Shown in pieces: positions 1 through 9,646 of a stretch of DNA of 64,000 nt (the first letter of the stretch is position 1; each line of letters opens with the position of its first letter). Position numbers and translations under genes: made by a program. The notes under the pieces are model-generated. The model saw only the letters and a list, made by a program, of their open reading frames with translations. It was not told the origin of the DNA and did not search any database. Origin of the DNA: a virus; IMG/VR virus record IMGVR_UViG_3300027798_000016, positions 1 to 64,000 of that record; one strand, 5' to 3'.

Positions 1-1
1 T

Positions 2-2263
2 GATCACGAAGCCTATGAAATAACAAACACAAGTGCCTCAGGTACGACACATTCAGTTAGCGTAGGCACTGATGGAATGATTTCATTCCCAGTAATAGAT
101 GGCGAAAGAACTCTATGGGGTGCGGTTGACGAAGATTTCAATATTAAAACAACCAGAACCGAGCCTGGAATTGATGCCGACATTAGTATACTAAGCGCAG
201 ACGACATATGGATGGAAGCAGGCGACGATATTGATCTTAAGGCAGACGGCACGGTTCGTATTACATCTGATAATGCTGCCGCCGGCCCCCAATGGAGCTT
301 TGGCACAGATGGTACATTAACATTACCAAGTGGCGGAGCGGTAGATGGCAACTTTGTCGATGGTCAATGGTTAGATGTTTGGTTGACAGCACCAGAAGGA
401 GCAACTAAAACAGCAGGTGTTCGAGATTTCTTTGGTAAGACAGTGGCTTATGTCAACGAAGATAGTTTTATAATACAAACCAATCGAGCAGTATCTACTA
501 GATCTTGGATCTTTGGTGAGGATGGTATCCTAACATTACCAGCAGGTGGTACTATCACAGAAGGTGGCGGACTCACAGGTGCTATTCGACTAACGCCAGC
601 AGGTGGAGCCAATGAATATCAAGCATTGGTAATTTACCCAACCGCAGGAGATGGTGATCACATACACTTGACCGCAGGTGGTGGCACCACTGACCTGTAT
701 CTAGGCAATGATAATCAGTATGTCCAGATTCAGCATAGTGGTCATGTAGTAGTACAAGCCGCTGATGGCGTAGACTATAGTCAATGGCTGTTTAACAAAA
801 ATGGTGACCTAACATTGCCAGCTGGTGGAGACATTAAAGACAGCAACGGCGCAAGCGTATTAGGCGGCGGCGGAGTTGGCACTTTAGATTCAGTAACTGA
901 CACTGGTTCAACCACTACCAACGGCATAACAGTTGGTTCAGTGACACTGACAAACGGAGCAGTGATTCGAGACACTACGGGTAATGCAGTGGCCATTGGT
1001 AAAGATGCTGGCCTAACCACACAAGGCACTCAAGCAGTGGCAATTGGTATCAATGCTGGAGTGACCACACAAGGCAACAACTCAGTGGCCATTGGTCCCG
1101 GTGCCGGCGCCAGCACACAAGGCACAGAAGCAGTGGCAATTGGGACCGGTGCTGGTGAAACCATACAAGGTAATAGTGCTGTGGCAGTTGGCTACAATGC
1201 TGGATTAACCACACAAGGTCAAAACTCAGTGGCCATTGGTAAAGATGCTGGCTCAAATAGTCAAGGCATCTTCGCAGTGGCCATTGGCAGGGATGCTGGC
1301 CATACCACTCAAGGCGGTGGTGCAGTGGCCATGGGCCGCAGTGCTGGCGGCAACACACAAGGCACCTCGGCTGTGGCCATTGGCGAGCAGGCTGGCGAAA
1401 CCACACAAGGCAACTACTCAGTGGCCGTTGGTTCTATTGCTGGCTCAAGTGACCAAGGCGTCGGTGCAGTGGCCATTGGTACAGCCGCTGGTTCAATCAC
1501 ACAAGGCCAAAACTCAGTGGCCGTTGGCTACAATGCTGGCGCAAATGCCCAAGGCGAACAAGCAGTGGCCATTGGCTTAAATGCTGGACTGACCTCACAA
1601 GGCAATTACGCAGTGGCCGTTGGTCATGGTGCTGGTCAAACTAGTCAACCTGGGTACACGATCATATTAAATGCCACTGGCTCAGCAGTCAACGGCGTTG
1701 AGGCTCAAACTGATAGTTTTTATGTGGCACCAATTAGAAGTGCCACAGCAACAGCCAATGTGTTATATTACGACACCACAACCAAAGAAGTAACTTATGG
1801 TGCAGGTGCTGTTTCATTTGATGGCAACTACAATAGTTTAACTAACAAACCAACTATCAGAATAGCTGTGGCAGCTGGCTCAGGCCCCGGTGGCAACTTG
1901 CAAGCAGATTCGTTGGCATTGGCTGGTCTTAACCCCACTGAAAACATACCTTCAACCTACGGCGGCGACTTGATACTTCAAGGTGGTGTAGGTGGCGCCA
2001 ACGGCGACTTGTATGGTGAAGTTAGAATCAAAAGTGGAACTATTGGTGCAAACTATGAATGGCACTTTACCACTGACAAGAAAATTAAACTGCCAGCAGG
2101 TGGTAGCATTGTTGACAGCACAGGTACCAGTGTATTGGGTGGTAGTGGTAGCTATGCTCCGGCGGTTCCAGCTAACTGGGCAAGTCCAGCTCCTACTACA
2201 ATAGCTGAAGCCTTGAATCGAATAGCTGCCAAGCTGTTAACTTTGGGCGGTGACCTGCCTTAA
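2..2263 (+). CDS. Tail fibre / adhesin-like protein with YadA-head-like repeats (5'-truncated)
   Basis: Frame is open from position 2 (DHEAYEIT...), so the true start lies upstream of the window. Contains 14 x 16-aa (A/S)VA(I/V)GxxAGxxxQG repeats and recurring WxFxxDGxLTLPxGG modules; Gly/Thr-rich. Confidence 0.75.
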   Translation, partial: DHEAYEITNTSASGTTHSVSVGTDGMISFPVIDGERTLWGAVDEDFNIKTTRTEPGIDADISILSADDIWMEAGDDIDLKADGTVRITSDNAAAGPQWSFGTDGTLTLPSGGAVDGNFVDGQWLDVWLTAPEGATKTAGVRDFFGKTVAYVNEDSFIIQTNRAVSTRSWIFGEDGILTLPAGGTITEGGGLTGAIRLTPAGGANEYQALVIYPTAGDGDHIHLTAGGGTTDLYLGNDNQYVQIQHSGHVVVQAADGVDYSQWLFNKNGDLTLPAGGDIKDSNGASVLGGGGVGTLDSVTDTGSTTTNGITVGSVTLTNGAVIRDTTGNAVAIGKDAGLTTQGTQAVAIGINAGVTTQGNNSVAIGPGAGASTQGTEAVAIGTGAGETIQGNSAVAVGYNAGLTTQGQNSVAIGKDAGSNSQGIFAVAIGRDAGHTTQGGGAVAMGRSAGGNTQGTSAVAIGEQAGETTQGNYSVAVGSIAGSSDQGVGAVAIGTAAGSITQGQNSVAVGYNAGANAQGEQAVAIGLNAGLTSQGNYAVAVGHGAGQTSQPGYTIILNATGSAVNGVEAQTDSFYVAPIRSATATANVLYYDTTTKEVTYGAGAVSFDGNYNSLTNKPTIRIAVAAGSGPGGNLQADSLALAGLNPTENIPSTYGGDLILQGGVGGANGDLYGEVRIKSGTIGANYEWHFTTDKKIKLPAGGSIVDSTGTSVLGGSGSYAPAVPANWASPAPTTIAEALNRIAAKLLTLGGDLP
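986..1657 (+). repeat. Coding tandem repeat, 14 x 48 nt
   Basis: cagtggccattgg ... caagg recurs with an exact 48-nt period, in frame. Confidence 0.9.
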
Positions 2264-2268
2264 AATAG

Positions 2269-2294
2269 AAAAAGCCCCGCAAGGGGCTTTTTTT
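2269..2294. terminator. Bidirectional intrinsic terminator
   Basis: aaaaagcccc-gcaa-ggggcttttttt between convergent genes; GNRA loop. Confidence 0.9.
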
Positions 2295-2308
2295 GAAGTT
2301 AAATTAAG

Positions 2309-3160
2309 TTAACCTAGCAACTTGTTTAGTGCATCATCAAGTTCTTTGATAGACTCACTGACCATAGACTGCTCAACAACTGAATCCTTTGGTGGTAGTT
2401 GGTATTCAAATACACCCACCAAGTCTCCTGTGCGGGCCGCTCTTTCCATTGTGCGCTTTAGTGCTACAACTTCAGCTTGTCCTCGTTCACGGATCTCATC
2501 AATTTGTTGAGTGTTATCCAGACGCTTGCTCCAACGAAGCAGTTCCATAATGTCCTTGCGTCTACGACTAATTTCTAATATCTTAGAACCGTTGTTGTCC
2601 CAAGGCTTGCCACCGCTTTCAACATGTAGTGCCATGACACGGGCACCTAGTAAATGATTATAAGGATAGCGGAAACGCTCGCCGTCTTTCTCAACAAATA
2701 TTGCACCAATATTGCGACTGCGAGCACCTGGCTTTTCTTCAGTGACAGGTTTATTGTGACGAAGAATTAACTTTGTGCCACCCAGTGGCTTGTAGCTTGT
2801 TTTTGTAGTGTTACGGCTTTCTGCAACATCTGTACGGTGAATCAATTTCTTAGGAGTAATGCCGCCGGCATAACTTCTGATCACTATTCCGTATAAGTTT
2901 CTATGTGCAATTTCTTCCACTGTGGGTTTGAATGTTTCTTCAAACCATTCTTTATCTGTTTTGATTGGATCAAACCAAATTTCAACATTATTCTCATCGT
3001 GATTAATCATTACCATAACTGATTGTTCTGGTAGATATTGATAGATAGCGTTCTGCTGTTTCAGGGTAGCGGCACCATCGGCATCTGTATAGTGTGCCAT
3101 GTGACTAACGCCCGCAACTGCGGCGGCTATTTCGCTTGAAAGATCTTGTTCTGTTGCCAT
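2309..3160 (-). CDS. Conserved phage hypothetical protein (late)
   Basis: 283-aa ORF directly after terminase; TAAATA motif 5 nt before the ATG; no function recognised. Confidence 0.7.
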   Translation of the reverse strand: MATEQDLSSEIAAAVAGVSHMAHYTDADGAATLKQQNAIYQYLPEQSVMVMINHDENNVEIWFDPIKTDKEWFEETFKPTVEEIAHRNLYGIVIRSYAGGITPKKLIHRTDVAESRNTTKTSYKPLGGTKLILRHNKPVTEEKPGARSRNIGAIFVEKDGERFRYPYNHLLGARVMALHVESGGKPWDNNGSKILEISRRRKDIMELLRWSKRLDNTQQIDEIRERGQAEVVALKRTMERAARTGDLVGVFEYQLPPKDSVVEQSMVSESIKELDDALNKLLG

Positions 3161-3168
3161 AATTGTAT

Positions 3169-4728
3169 TTAGTTTAAAAAGCCAATAGGCATGGGCTTCA
3201 TCATCTCTTCTGATCCATAATCAACCAACTTTTCGTAGGTTTCAACATCCCATGTCATGACAACTTCTACTATTCTGATTACCAGCAATGTTGCCATTAC
3301 CAAGTCGTCTGTTTCACCATCTTTTGCGGCAAAGCTGGCTCCACGAGCAATGAAGTTCTTTAGTTCTCGTAGCAAGTTATGACTACGAATTGTCATTTTA
3401 TCAGCTTCTACATAGTTCTTTAAACGCATGCATGCTGATATTTTTGTCTTGTGTGTGGTAGCGAAACCACGGCGCCCTCGGCTCTGTCCTGCTCTGCGTA
3501 TTTCTTGTACAAATGTACCTGGAATGTTTTCTTCGCCAAATTCTCGAATACTAATAAGCGCGGCTTCACCAATGGTATTGTTTTCAACACTCCAGTACAA
3601 TTCTGTATTGTTGCCTGTTTCATCGCTTAACCATTTTAAAATAGACACAAGTGTACGCAATTGTCCTTGCATGTCTGTTTTATTATGTTGCCATTCTGCA
3701 ATCTGTTCCATCTCTGGAATCTTAAAGATCTGTATAGCGGCAGGATCTCCACCTGTGCCCAAACTTGGATCCCATCCAATGACATAAGATCCATTGCGCT
3801 CTGGAAATTTATAAACTCTGACCTGGCCCATTTTGTTGCTTGGGTCTTTGCCTTCCATGCTAACAAGCTTCATTGGATGAATCAATGTTTCATCTGCAAT
3901 AATAAATTCACATTCGTGCTCGCGTAAGAATCGTTCTTCTCCAATCTTACTGCGCTCAACTTGTGCCCATACTATATCACGGTCTGGATGCTTGCTCCAA
4001 ATAAATTTAATGTGTGCAAATCCGTTGCGGCCAATGCCTGTGGTATTTGTGTTACCGTACTCGTCGACATTCTTTGTTGCTTCTTTCCAAATACGGGCAA
4101 ATTGGTCATCGTCCTGATTAGGTGTGCTTGTAATAATACACTTGCCACCTGTTGACAATGTTGGACTGATTGATGTCCAGAACTCAGTTGCAATCCTAGG
4201 CTTGACGAAAGCAAACTCGTCGCAATAAATCAATGACAGTGACATACCACGAGCTGTTGTTTCTGTTGTTGTGGCACTTACAATACGACTGCCGTTGTCA
4301 AAGTCAATGCTACCTTTGTTATAACTGACTGCTCCAGCTTTTAAAAATGTTGGAAGAGTTTCGTATGTAAATCGTACTCGTTGCATAATTTCTTGAGCAC
4401 CTGCATACTTGTGTGCCGCAATAAGAATTGTTTGATCTGCCATGAACATGGCTCGCCATACTAGGTATGCCGCGGCACATGCTGTCTTGCCCATCTGTCG
4501 ACCCAGCATGTTGATACTGTAACGATTTTCATGATAGCAAGTGATTAGTTCGCGTTGATAATCAAACAGTTTAAAAGGAACTTTACCTCTGGTTGGATGC
4601 TGTACCCAACAGTAGGTATCAATAAAGTAAACTGGATCTTGGGCACACAAGGCAAGTTCACGGACATTTTCGTCCGTGAACTTTTCTACTTTGAACGGTG
4701 CCTTGACAAAATTATTTTCAAGTGCCAT
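3169..4728 (-). CDS. gp17: Terminase large subunit
   Basis: Adenine-binding LFDYQ, Walker A GRQMGKT, Walker B IYCDE, coupling motif TST, nuclease GWDPS...DDLVMA. Confidence 0.97.
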   Translation of the reverse strand: MALENNFVKAPFKVEKFTDENVRELALCAQDPVYFIDTYCWVQHPTRGKVPFKLFDYQRELITCYHENRYSINMLGRQMGKTACAAAYLVWRAMFMADQTILIAAHKYAGAQEIMQRVRFTYETLPTFLKAGAVSYNKGSIDFDNGSRIVSATTTETTARGMSLSLIYCDEFAFVKPRIATEFWTSISPTLSTGGKCIITSTPNQDDDQFARIWKEATKNVDEYGNTNTTGIGRNGFAHIKFIWSKHPDRDIVWAQVERSKIGEERFLREHECEFIIADETLIHPMKLVSMEGKDPSNKMGQVRVYKFPERNGSYVIGWDPSLGTGGDPAAIQIFKIPEMEQIAEWQHNKTDMQGQLRTLVSILKWLSDETGNNTELYWSVENNTIGEAALISIREFGEENIPGTFVQEIRRAGQSRGRRGFATTHKTKISACMRLKNYVEADKMTIRSHNLLRELKNFIARGASFAAKDGETDDLVMATLLVIRIVEVVMTWDVETYEKLVDYGSEEMMKPMPIGFLN

Positions 4729-4740
4729 TAGGCCTCCGTA

Positions 4741-6282
4741 TTACTTCTTACCAGTAATGCTCTCTGAAACAAATTTTCGATATTCGCCCATTGCAATTTC
4801 AAATGCTTCTTCAACACCAATGTCTGTTGTGCCCATTGGGTTTTCGCCTTGACCGTTTGCACGATTTTGACCATAGTCAGCGTGTCCGCCACCTGTGCCG
4901 GGTTTGCTAGGTAATTTGTCAAAAGTAGTACCTTTGTCGTCTGCTTTACCCTGTGGACTATTTGCCCATTCGTTAATGCCGGCCAATGCTAAAATACGAC
5001 TGTATTCTTGTTGTCCTTCATATACGCCTTGACCGTACACATTGCTTGCAGTTGCTGGTGCATCTTCTTTGACTTCTTTGTCTTTGTCTGCCCAATCAGG
5101 AATTCCATCACCGTCGGCATCTGGCTTCTTGTTGTCGTCTTTGTCATCAGCTTTGGCATCAGACTTGCCACCATTTTTCTTGGCAATCATTTTTGCAAAT
5201 GCGGCCTTTTGTGCGGCGCTTTGTGCTTCGTTGGTAACACCAGCCAATTGAAGAATACGAGCAGACGACTCATCAACATAATAAAACAATTCTTCGAGCT
5301 CTTCCTGAGTTGGTTCTTGGTCAAAATATGTAAACTTTGAATGATTCACTATCTTACCAGTAGTTTTATCAAAAATATGAATACTATTCATATCGTCGGG
5401 GCTACCCACTTTGTAGCCCAATGGACCATTTTCTGGGAATTCAAAATCATCCTGTGACATTTTAGGGTCACCAGACGACTCATGTAAACTGTCAAATGCC
5501 AGTTCGTTTGCAATTTCACCGTGTTGATCATTGAGTTCATTCATTTCATCTTCACTTAGGTCTGTGCCATCAGTAAACGAAGCTTGGCTAATGTATGCAT
5601 CACTGAAATCTGGATAGTCTCTGGAATCCACACCATCAACTTGAAGACTGGCTCTGTCAACTTCTTTACCAGAAATCATAATGCCTGACGCTTCTTTAAC
5701 ATAACCAGATTCTTTAACTTCTTCTTCTTCTTCTTTTTCAGGAACTGCGCCTGCCGGAACTGGTGTGTCATCTTCATGATCTTCTTCTGACCCGCCGTAG
5801 TTGCCAGGGCCTGCTTTGTGAACTTGTCCTGTTGCAGTTTGTGTAACTGTTCCGCCTTTGGAAGTTCTTGAAACATCACCTGCCGCTTCTTCAACATCTG
5901 GTTCTGCACCATGATCTTGCATGTCATGATCGCCGTCGCCATCAGCATCTAGCCTTGGATCCATTGGAGGTTGTTGACCCATTGTTTGTGCGCCCATTGG
6001 TGGCAACTCGGCTTCTGGAGCCTCACCGCCCATGGCACCTGGTTCAACTGCAATGGCAATTTCTGGTTCAGCACTTGCGCCACCAACATTGATACCAGCT
6101 AAACGAAGGATGTTTCCAATTTCGTCTGCGCTGTCTGTGGTGACACTAATATTCTTGCCAGGCATAGAAATAGTCACTGACATTTGTTCGGATTGTCCGC
6201 TTTGTTGCATGGCGTCTGTATAGCATTCAGCAACGCCTTCTTTTGCGCCGCGGATACCTTCAGTTAATTTGTTATTTCTCAT
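4741..6282 (-). CDS. Acidic, modular putative prohead core / internal head protein
   Basis: 513 aa, very acidic and low-complexity; many (L/V/I)xE sites; three ILxLAG(I/V) motifs; two DADGDG motifs. Confidence 0.6.
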   Translation of the reverse strand: MRNNKLTEGIRGAKEGVAECYTDAMQQSGQSEQMSVTISMPGKNISVTTDSADEIGNILRLAGINVGGASAEPEIAIAVEPGAMGGEAPEAELPPMGAQTMGQQPPMDPRLDADGDGDHDMQDHGAEPDVEEAAGDVSRTSKGGTVTQTATGQVHKAGPGNYGGSEEDHEDDTPVPAGAVPEKEEEEEVKESGYVKEASGIMISGKEVDRASLQVDGVDSRDYPDFSDAYISQASFTDGTDLSEDEMNELNDQHGEIANELAFDSLHESSGDPKMSQDDFEFPENGPLGYKVGSPDDMNSIHIFDKTTGKIVNHSKFTYFDQEPTQEELEELFYYVDESSARILQLAGVTNEAQSAAQKAAFAKMIAKKNGGKSDAKADDKDDNKKPDADGDGIPDWADKDKEVKEDAPATASNVYGQGVYEGQQEYSRILALAGINEWANSPQGKADDKGTTFDKLPSKPGTGGGHADYGQNRANGQGENPMGTTDIGVEEAFEIAMGEYRKFVSESITGKK

Positions 6283-6899
6283 TTTTTAGCTCCTGACTTG
6301 GTTGGATATGGAATATCCTGTTTCTTTGTTCCCACTGGACTAGTTTTGCCATCTGCTGGCTCTTCCCAAGTTGGGCTTGTTTTTGCTGACTCTTTAGATT
6401 GTGTGATATTCTTACGAGCTTCGGCTCGGTTATTATCTAAATCTTTTAATAGACTTTGATTATACTTATCTCCAGAAGCATCATCTGCTGAAACAGCATT
6501 TGCTTCTTCTTTGGTGTAATCTGTACAAAGTTTGGCCTCATAATTTGGCTCTTTGTCATCTTCTATTTGTTGTTCAATTGGTTCGTCGCGTCCAAATACC
6601 TTAATGGTTCCTTCTCGACAAAATAGTAGTCCACGAAGCTCTGCTTCTAATGTGGGTGTACTAATTGGTAAGCGGGTCACTACATCAACAATAACAATTT
6701 CTGCTCCACCATATTGTGGAAAATCCATTGGTAATGCTTGTAGCATTAATTTTTCTGGGCGACCTACCTCTAACGCATCATATTTTTTCATATGGCGTTC
6801 TAAACATTCTAACTGTGCTTCAGATGGCCGAAAAACCATCTTAATACGGTAGCGATGTTCACGCTGTAACTTGCTGATATACTCTAGTAGGGTTGGCAT
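6279..6899 (-). CDS. Hypothetical late protein
   Basis: 206-aa ORF with GAGG SD and upstream TAAATA; overlaps next gene by ATGA. Confidence 0.7.
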   Translation of the reverse strand: MPTLLEYISKLQREHRYRIKMVFRPSEAQLECLERHMKKYDALEVGRPEKLMLQALPMDFPQYGGAEIVIVDVVTRLPISTPTLEAELRGLLFCREGTIKVFGRDEPIEQQIEDDKEPNYEAKLCTDYTKEEANAVSADDASGDKYNQSLLKDLDNNRAEARKNITQSKESAKTSPTWEEPADGKTSPVGTKKQDIPYPTKSGAKK

Positions 6900-6919
6900 A
6901 ATTAAATCCTCTTATAAGA

Positions 6920-7423
6920 CTATTTATTGTGACCAACACGGTTTAGGATGGCTTTGACAATATCATTACGGTTTCCAATCATGCCAGAGTCTGTTGCATC
7001 GAGGATATTGCTATCGTTGCCCTTTTCTCCGTCCATTCTTGCCTTTCGCAATTGTAACTCAACCATTTTGAGCTTTTTATCCAACTTTGCAGTCTTGGCA
7101 TCCACTGCTGTTTTTAACAATTGCGCGGCAACTTCAAAAATCTTGCCCGCATTTCTATCATCTACATTAAAGCCTAAATCCATCAAGCGTTCGCTTTGTT
7201 CTTGGGCTTTGTTTGCAAGCCCATCCAGCTCTCGCTCTGCTGAAGCCATGTCTGTCACAGTAGGCAACGCAATATCTACACGAGTTGCCATGTCAATGGT
7301 CGCCAGTGCAGTATCTATTTCCTCCTGTATTTCCGCAGGAACTTCAGTTGATTGTGTGTCTAGTAAAGCATTGGCTTCATCAATCGGTGCAAAGCCAAAC
7401 ACTTCTTCTAATTTTTTAGTCAT
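6920..7423 (-). CDS. Putative terminase small subunit
   Basis: 167 aa, helical; ...MDLGFNVDDRNAGKIFEVAAQLLKTA... resembles the gp16-type core; C-terminal GNRNDIVKAIL; near gp17. Confidence 0.55.
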   Translation of the reverse strand: MTKKLEEVFGFAPIDEANALLDTQSTEVPAEIQEEIDTALATIDMATRVDIALPTVTDMASAERELDGLANKAQEQSERLMDLGFNVDDRNAGKIFEVAAQLLKTAVDAKTAKLDKKLKMVELQLRKARMDGEKGNDSNILDATDSGMIGNRNDIVKAILNRVGHNK

Positions 7424-7436
7424 GAACTACTTATGA

Positions 7437-7886
7437 CTATTTGCGTCTCTTCCGAGTCGGATTTACATTGTTAAAAATGTCTTCTTCTGTTAGAATACGG
7501 AATGTGGCACCCATGCGCTGGCACCATGCTTTGGCGGCTTGCCACTTGCACATGTTGAGAGCAACAGCGGCCTTTTCTTGTTGGCTACGGGCAAGTTCCA
7601 TCAATGCTTGTGACTTGGGTTTAATTTCAACCAGTTCAGCATGTCTACCATTGGCATTTTGATATACAACAAAAAAGTCTGGCACATAGAATGTATCTTT
7701 TCCCGTGAAAGGATTGCGATAAGGTATGCGTACATTTTCACTTGCCCACGAAACTACACCTGGATGATTATCGCAGAAGCGCATGAATGTTAGTTCCCAG
7801 CCACTGCGATATTTAGGAGTGCCTTTGCCCACATATTTTTCAGGGTGTGTTGGAGTAAAGAACCCTTGTGAGTAGTTGTTGGCCAT
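7437..7886 (-). CDS. gp4: Head completion nuclease (TnsA-like PD-(D/E)xK)
   Basis: PEKYVG...YRSGWELTFMRFCD...WASE...IPY...YVPDF...VEIKP...KWQAA...LTE pattern typical of T4 gp4 homologues. Confidence 0.9.
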   Translation of the reverse strand: MANNYSQGFFTPTHPEKYVGKGTPKYRSGWELTFMRFCDNHPGVVSWASENVRIPYRNPFTGKDTFYVPDFFVVYQNANGRHAELVEIKPKSQALMELARSQQEKAAVALNMCKWQAAKAWCQRMGATFRILTEEDIFNNVNPTRKRRK

Positions 7887-8170
7887 TATAGTTCACGAGC
7901 AATTACAGTACTCAATTTGGCCGGCTTGTCTTTGTAATATCTGACTGTGTTGGGCAAAGTTAAATTGATATAATCCAATATGCTTTGATCAACATCTATT
8001 TTACCTGTGCTGGTGGCTTTGTCAACAAATTGTTTAAAGTTTAAATCTTTTTCCACACACACATTCCAAAAAACAATCACAATGTTTTCTGCGGCAATCC
8101 TGGACAGTCCAACTGATAAAATCTTTTGAACTGCTTTGTCAAAGTCCACTTGTGGAATTACTTTTACCAT
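7886..8170 (-). CDS. Hypothetical protein
   Basis: 94-aa ORF overlapping both neighbours. Confidence 0.6.
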   Translation of the reverse strand: MVKVIPQVDFDKAVQKILSVGLSRIAAENIVIVFWNVCVEKDLNFKQFVDKATSTGKIDVDQSILDYINLTLPNTVRYYKDKPAKLSTVIAREL

Positions 8171-9609
8171 ACTGTTGAATTACCCTTTAATGGATTGTTT
8201 GCTTGATAGCTTTGTTGACGGGCGGCCTGTTGACTTGATAGTGCATTGCTCTTGGTGTCGTTGGCGTTGACAGGTGCATATCCGTTGACAACAGCTGGAC
8301 CAATTGCTTCTTTTTGTTGGTTTAGCGCAGTATTATAGATTACTTCTCTATCAACCACTCTGACCTTAGGTGCATATCTTTGTGTTGATGTGTTGGCTTC
8401 CAGTTGAGCTTGCTTGACTGCTATTTGTAAATCCTTTGGAGAATCGCTGGCAGGATTAAAATTGTTCTTAAATGCTGTTTGCCATTCCGTAGTACTTGAC
8501 TTGAAGTCGGGCATGTTTTCTAGCCTAGACAAAAAGTCCGTCTGCTTGCTGGCCTCATCACGAGTTGGAAAAGTGCCACTGGTTGCTGGCGAAACTGTAC
8601 CAGTGCTTGCATCATACAAGATTGGCTGTGCTGTATTATTATCCAATGGAATTGTAACTGTGTCTACAAATTGTGGTGTAGTTGAACTGGATGCGCTAAA
8701 GAGTCTGGCCGCAAAAGGTTCTGGTGCTGGTGCTGGTGGTCTAGGGTTCGGCGGCAAAGCCTGTGTGAGACGACTTCTTAAACTTCCTGGTCTGACTGGA
8801 TTTATATTTGGATTGTATCCAACATCACCAGGTAGCTTGTTTAAGCCAGCTCTTCCTCTCGGAATTCCAAATGCCGCTGAAGTTGGATCACCGTCATTGG
8901 CAGAACCGCCACCATTTTGTACCCAACCGTTGACTGGTTTGTCTGGTTTAACAACAGTTGGGTCAATTGGCTTGGTCAGCACAGGTGGTGGAGTGGGCTT
9001 TGCAACAGCAACACCAGTAGTGACATCTTGGGCTTGGCCGTCACAGAACTCTGATTCCATATTTTCATATCTGATTGTCACAGTCCATAACACTACATCG
9101 CTGGTTGCATAATCCAAGGTATCGTGCTGTGCATCTGTAATGAATGCGTTCTTCAATGTGTATATTTTATCGACGTCGTTGCCGCCACCGCTGTCTGCCA
9201 GGCTCATGCCGATCCCGCCACCGCCTAAAGTCCTTTGCGTAATTTTTACTTCAATTGGTTCAAAGTTTGCTTTTTTACTGCCGTCTGTACAATCAAACTG
9301 TCCATGCACAAATTTCCAAATCACTGAATCTGCAACCTTGTTGCATTGATCATAGAAGCTAATGGTAATTGGTTCGTAGTTGAATTTTGTTTGTACAATT
9401 GTTTTATGGTTATAAACATTAATAATTTGTGTGTCAGTTGACCAGCGTGGCAACTCACAAGTTTTAGCAACCAACGGAGGACTTGAACCAATACCTTCAC
9501 CACTGAGAACAACATCCCATGCAAATTTTAGGTAAGGAAATCCACCTTCAAGAGGAAGTCCATTTTCCTGCCGGCCAATGAGTTGTGTTGCTAAATTTGA
9601 ATATGCCAT
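8164..9609 (-). CDS. Tail-tube-like protein with long low-complexity C-terminal extension
   Basis: N-terminal ~190 aa parallels the tube protein (ELPRWSTD..NVYNHK...YEPITISFYD...LDYATSDV..WTVTIRYE); Pro/Gln/Thr-rich tail. Confidence 0.65.
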   Translation of the reverse strand: MAYSNLATQLIGRQENGLPLEGGFPYLKFAWDVVLSGEGIGSSPPLVAKTCELPRWSTDTQIINVYNHKTIVQTKFNYEPITISFYDQCNKVADSVIWKFVHGQFDCTDGSKKANFEPIEVKITQRTLGGGGIGMSLADSGGGNDVDKIYTLKNAFITDAQHDTLDYATSDVVLWTVTIRYENMESEFCDGQAQDVTTGVAVAKPTPPPVLTKPIDPTVVKPDKPVNGWVQNGGGSANDGDPTSAAFGIPRGRAGLNKLPGDVGYNPNINPVRPGSLRSRLTQALPPNPRPPAPAPEPFAARLFSASSSTTPQFVDTVTIPLDNNTAQPILYDASTGTVSPATSGTFPTRDEASKQTDFLSRLENMPDFKSSTTEWQTAFKNNFNPASDSPKDLQIAVKQAQLEANTSTQRYAPKVRVVDREVIYNTALNQQKEAIGPAVVNGYAPVNANDTKSNALSSQQAARQQSYQANNPLKGNSTVW

Positions 9610-9620
9610 TTGTTATAATG

Positions 9621-9646
9621 AAAAAGGGCGATTTCTCGCCCTTTTT
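9621..9646 (-). terminator. Intrinsic terminator after tail tube gene
   Basis: Minus strand aaaaagggcga-gaaa-tcgcccttttt. Confidence 0.85.

Noticed and set aside
986-1657. 48-nt periodic repeat as a CRISPR or guide array
   Set aside because: In-frame coding repeat with codon-level degeneracy; no cas genes in the window.
3169-4728. Intein or intron in terminase (also checked portal, capsid and gp46)
   Set aside because: Motifs are contiguous and lengths ordinary.
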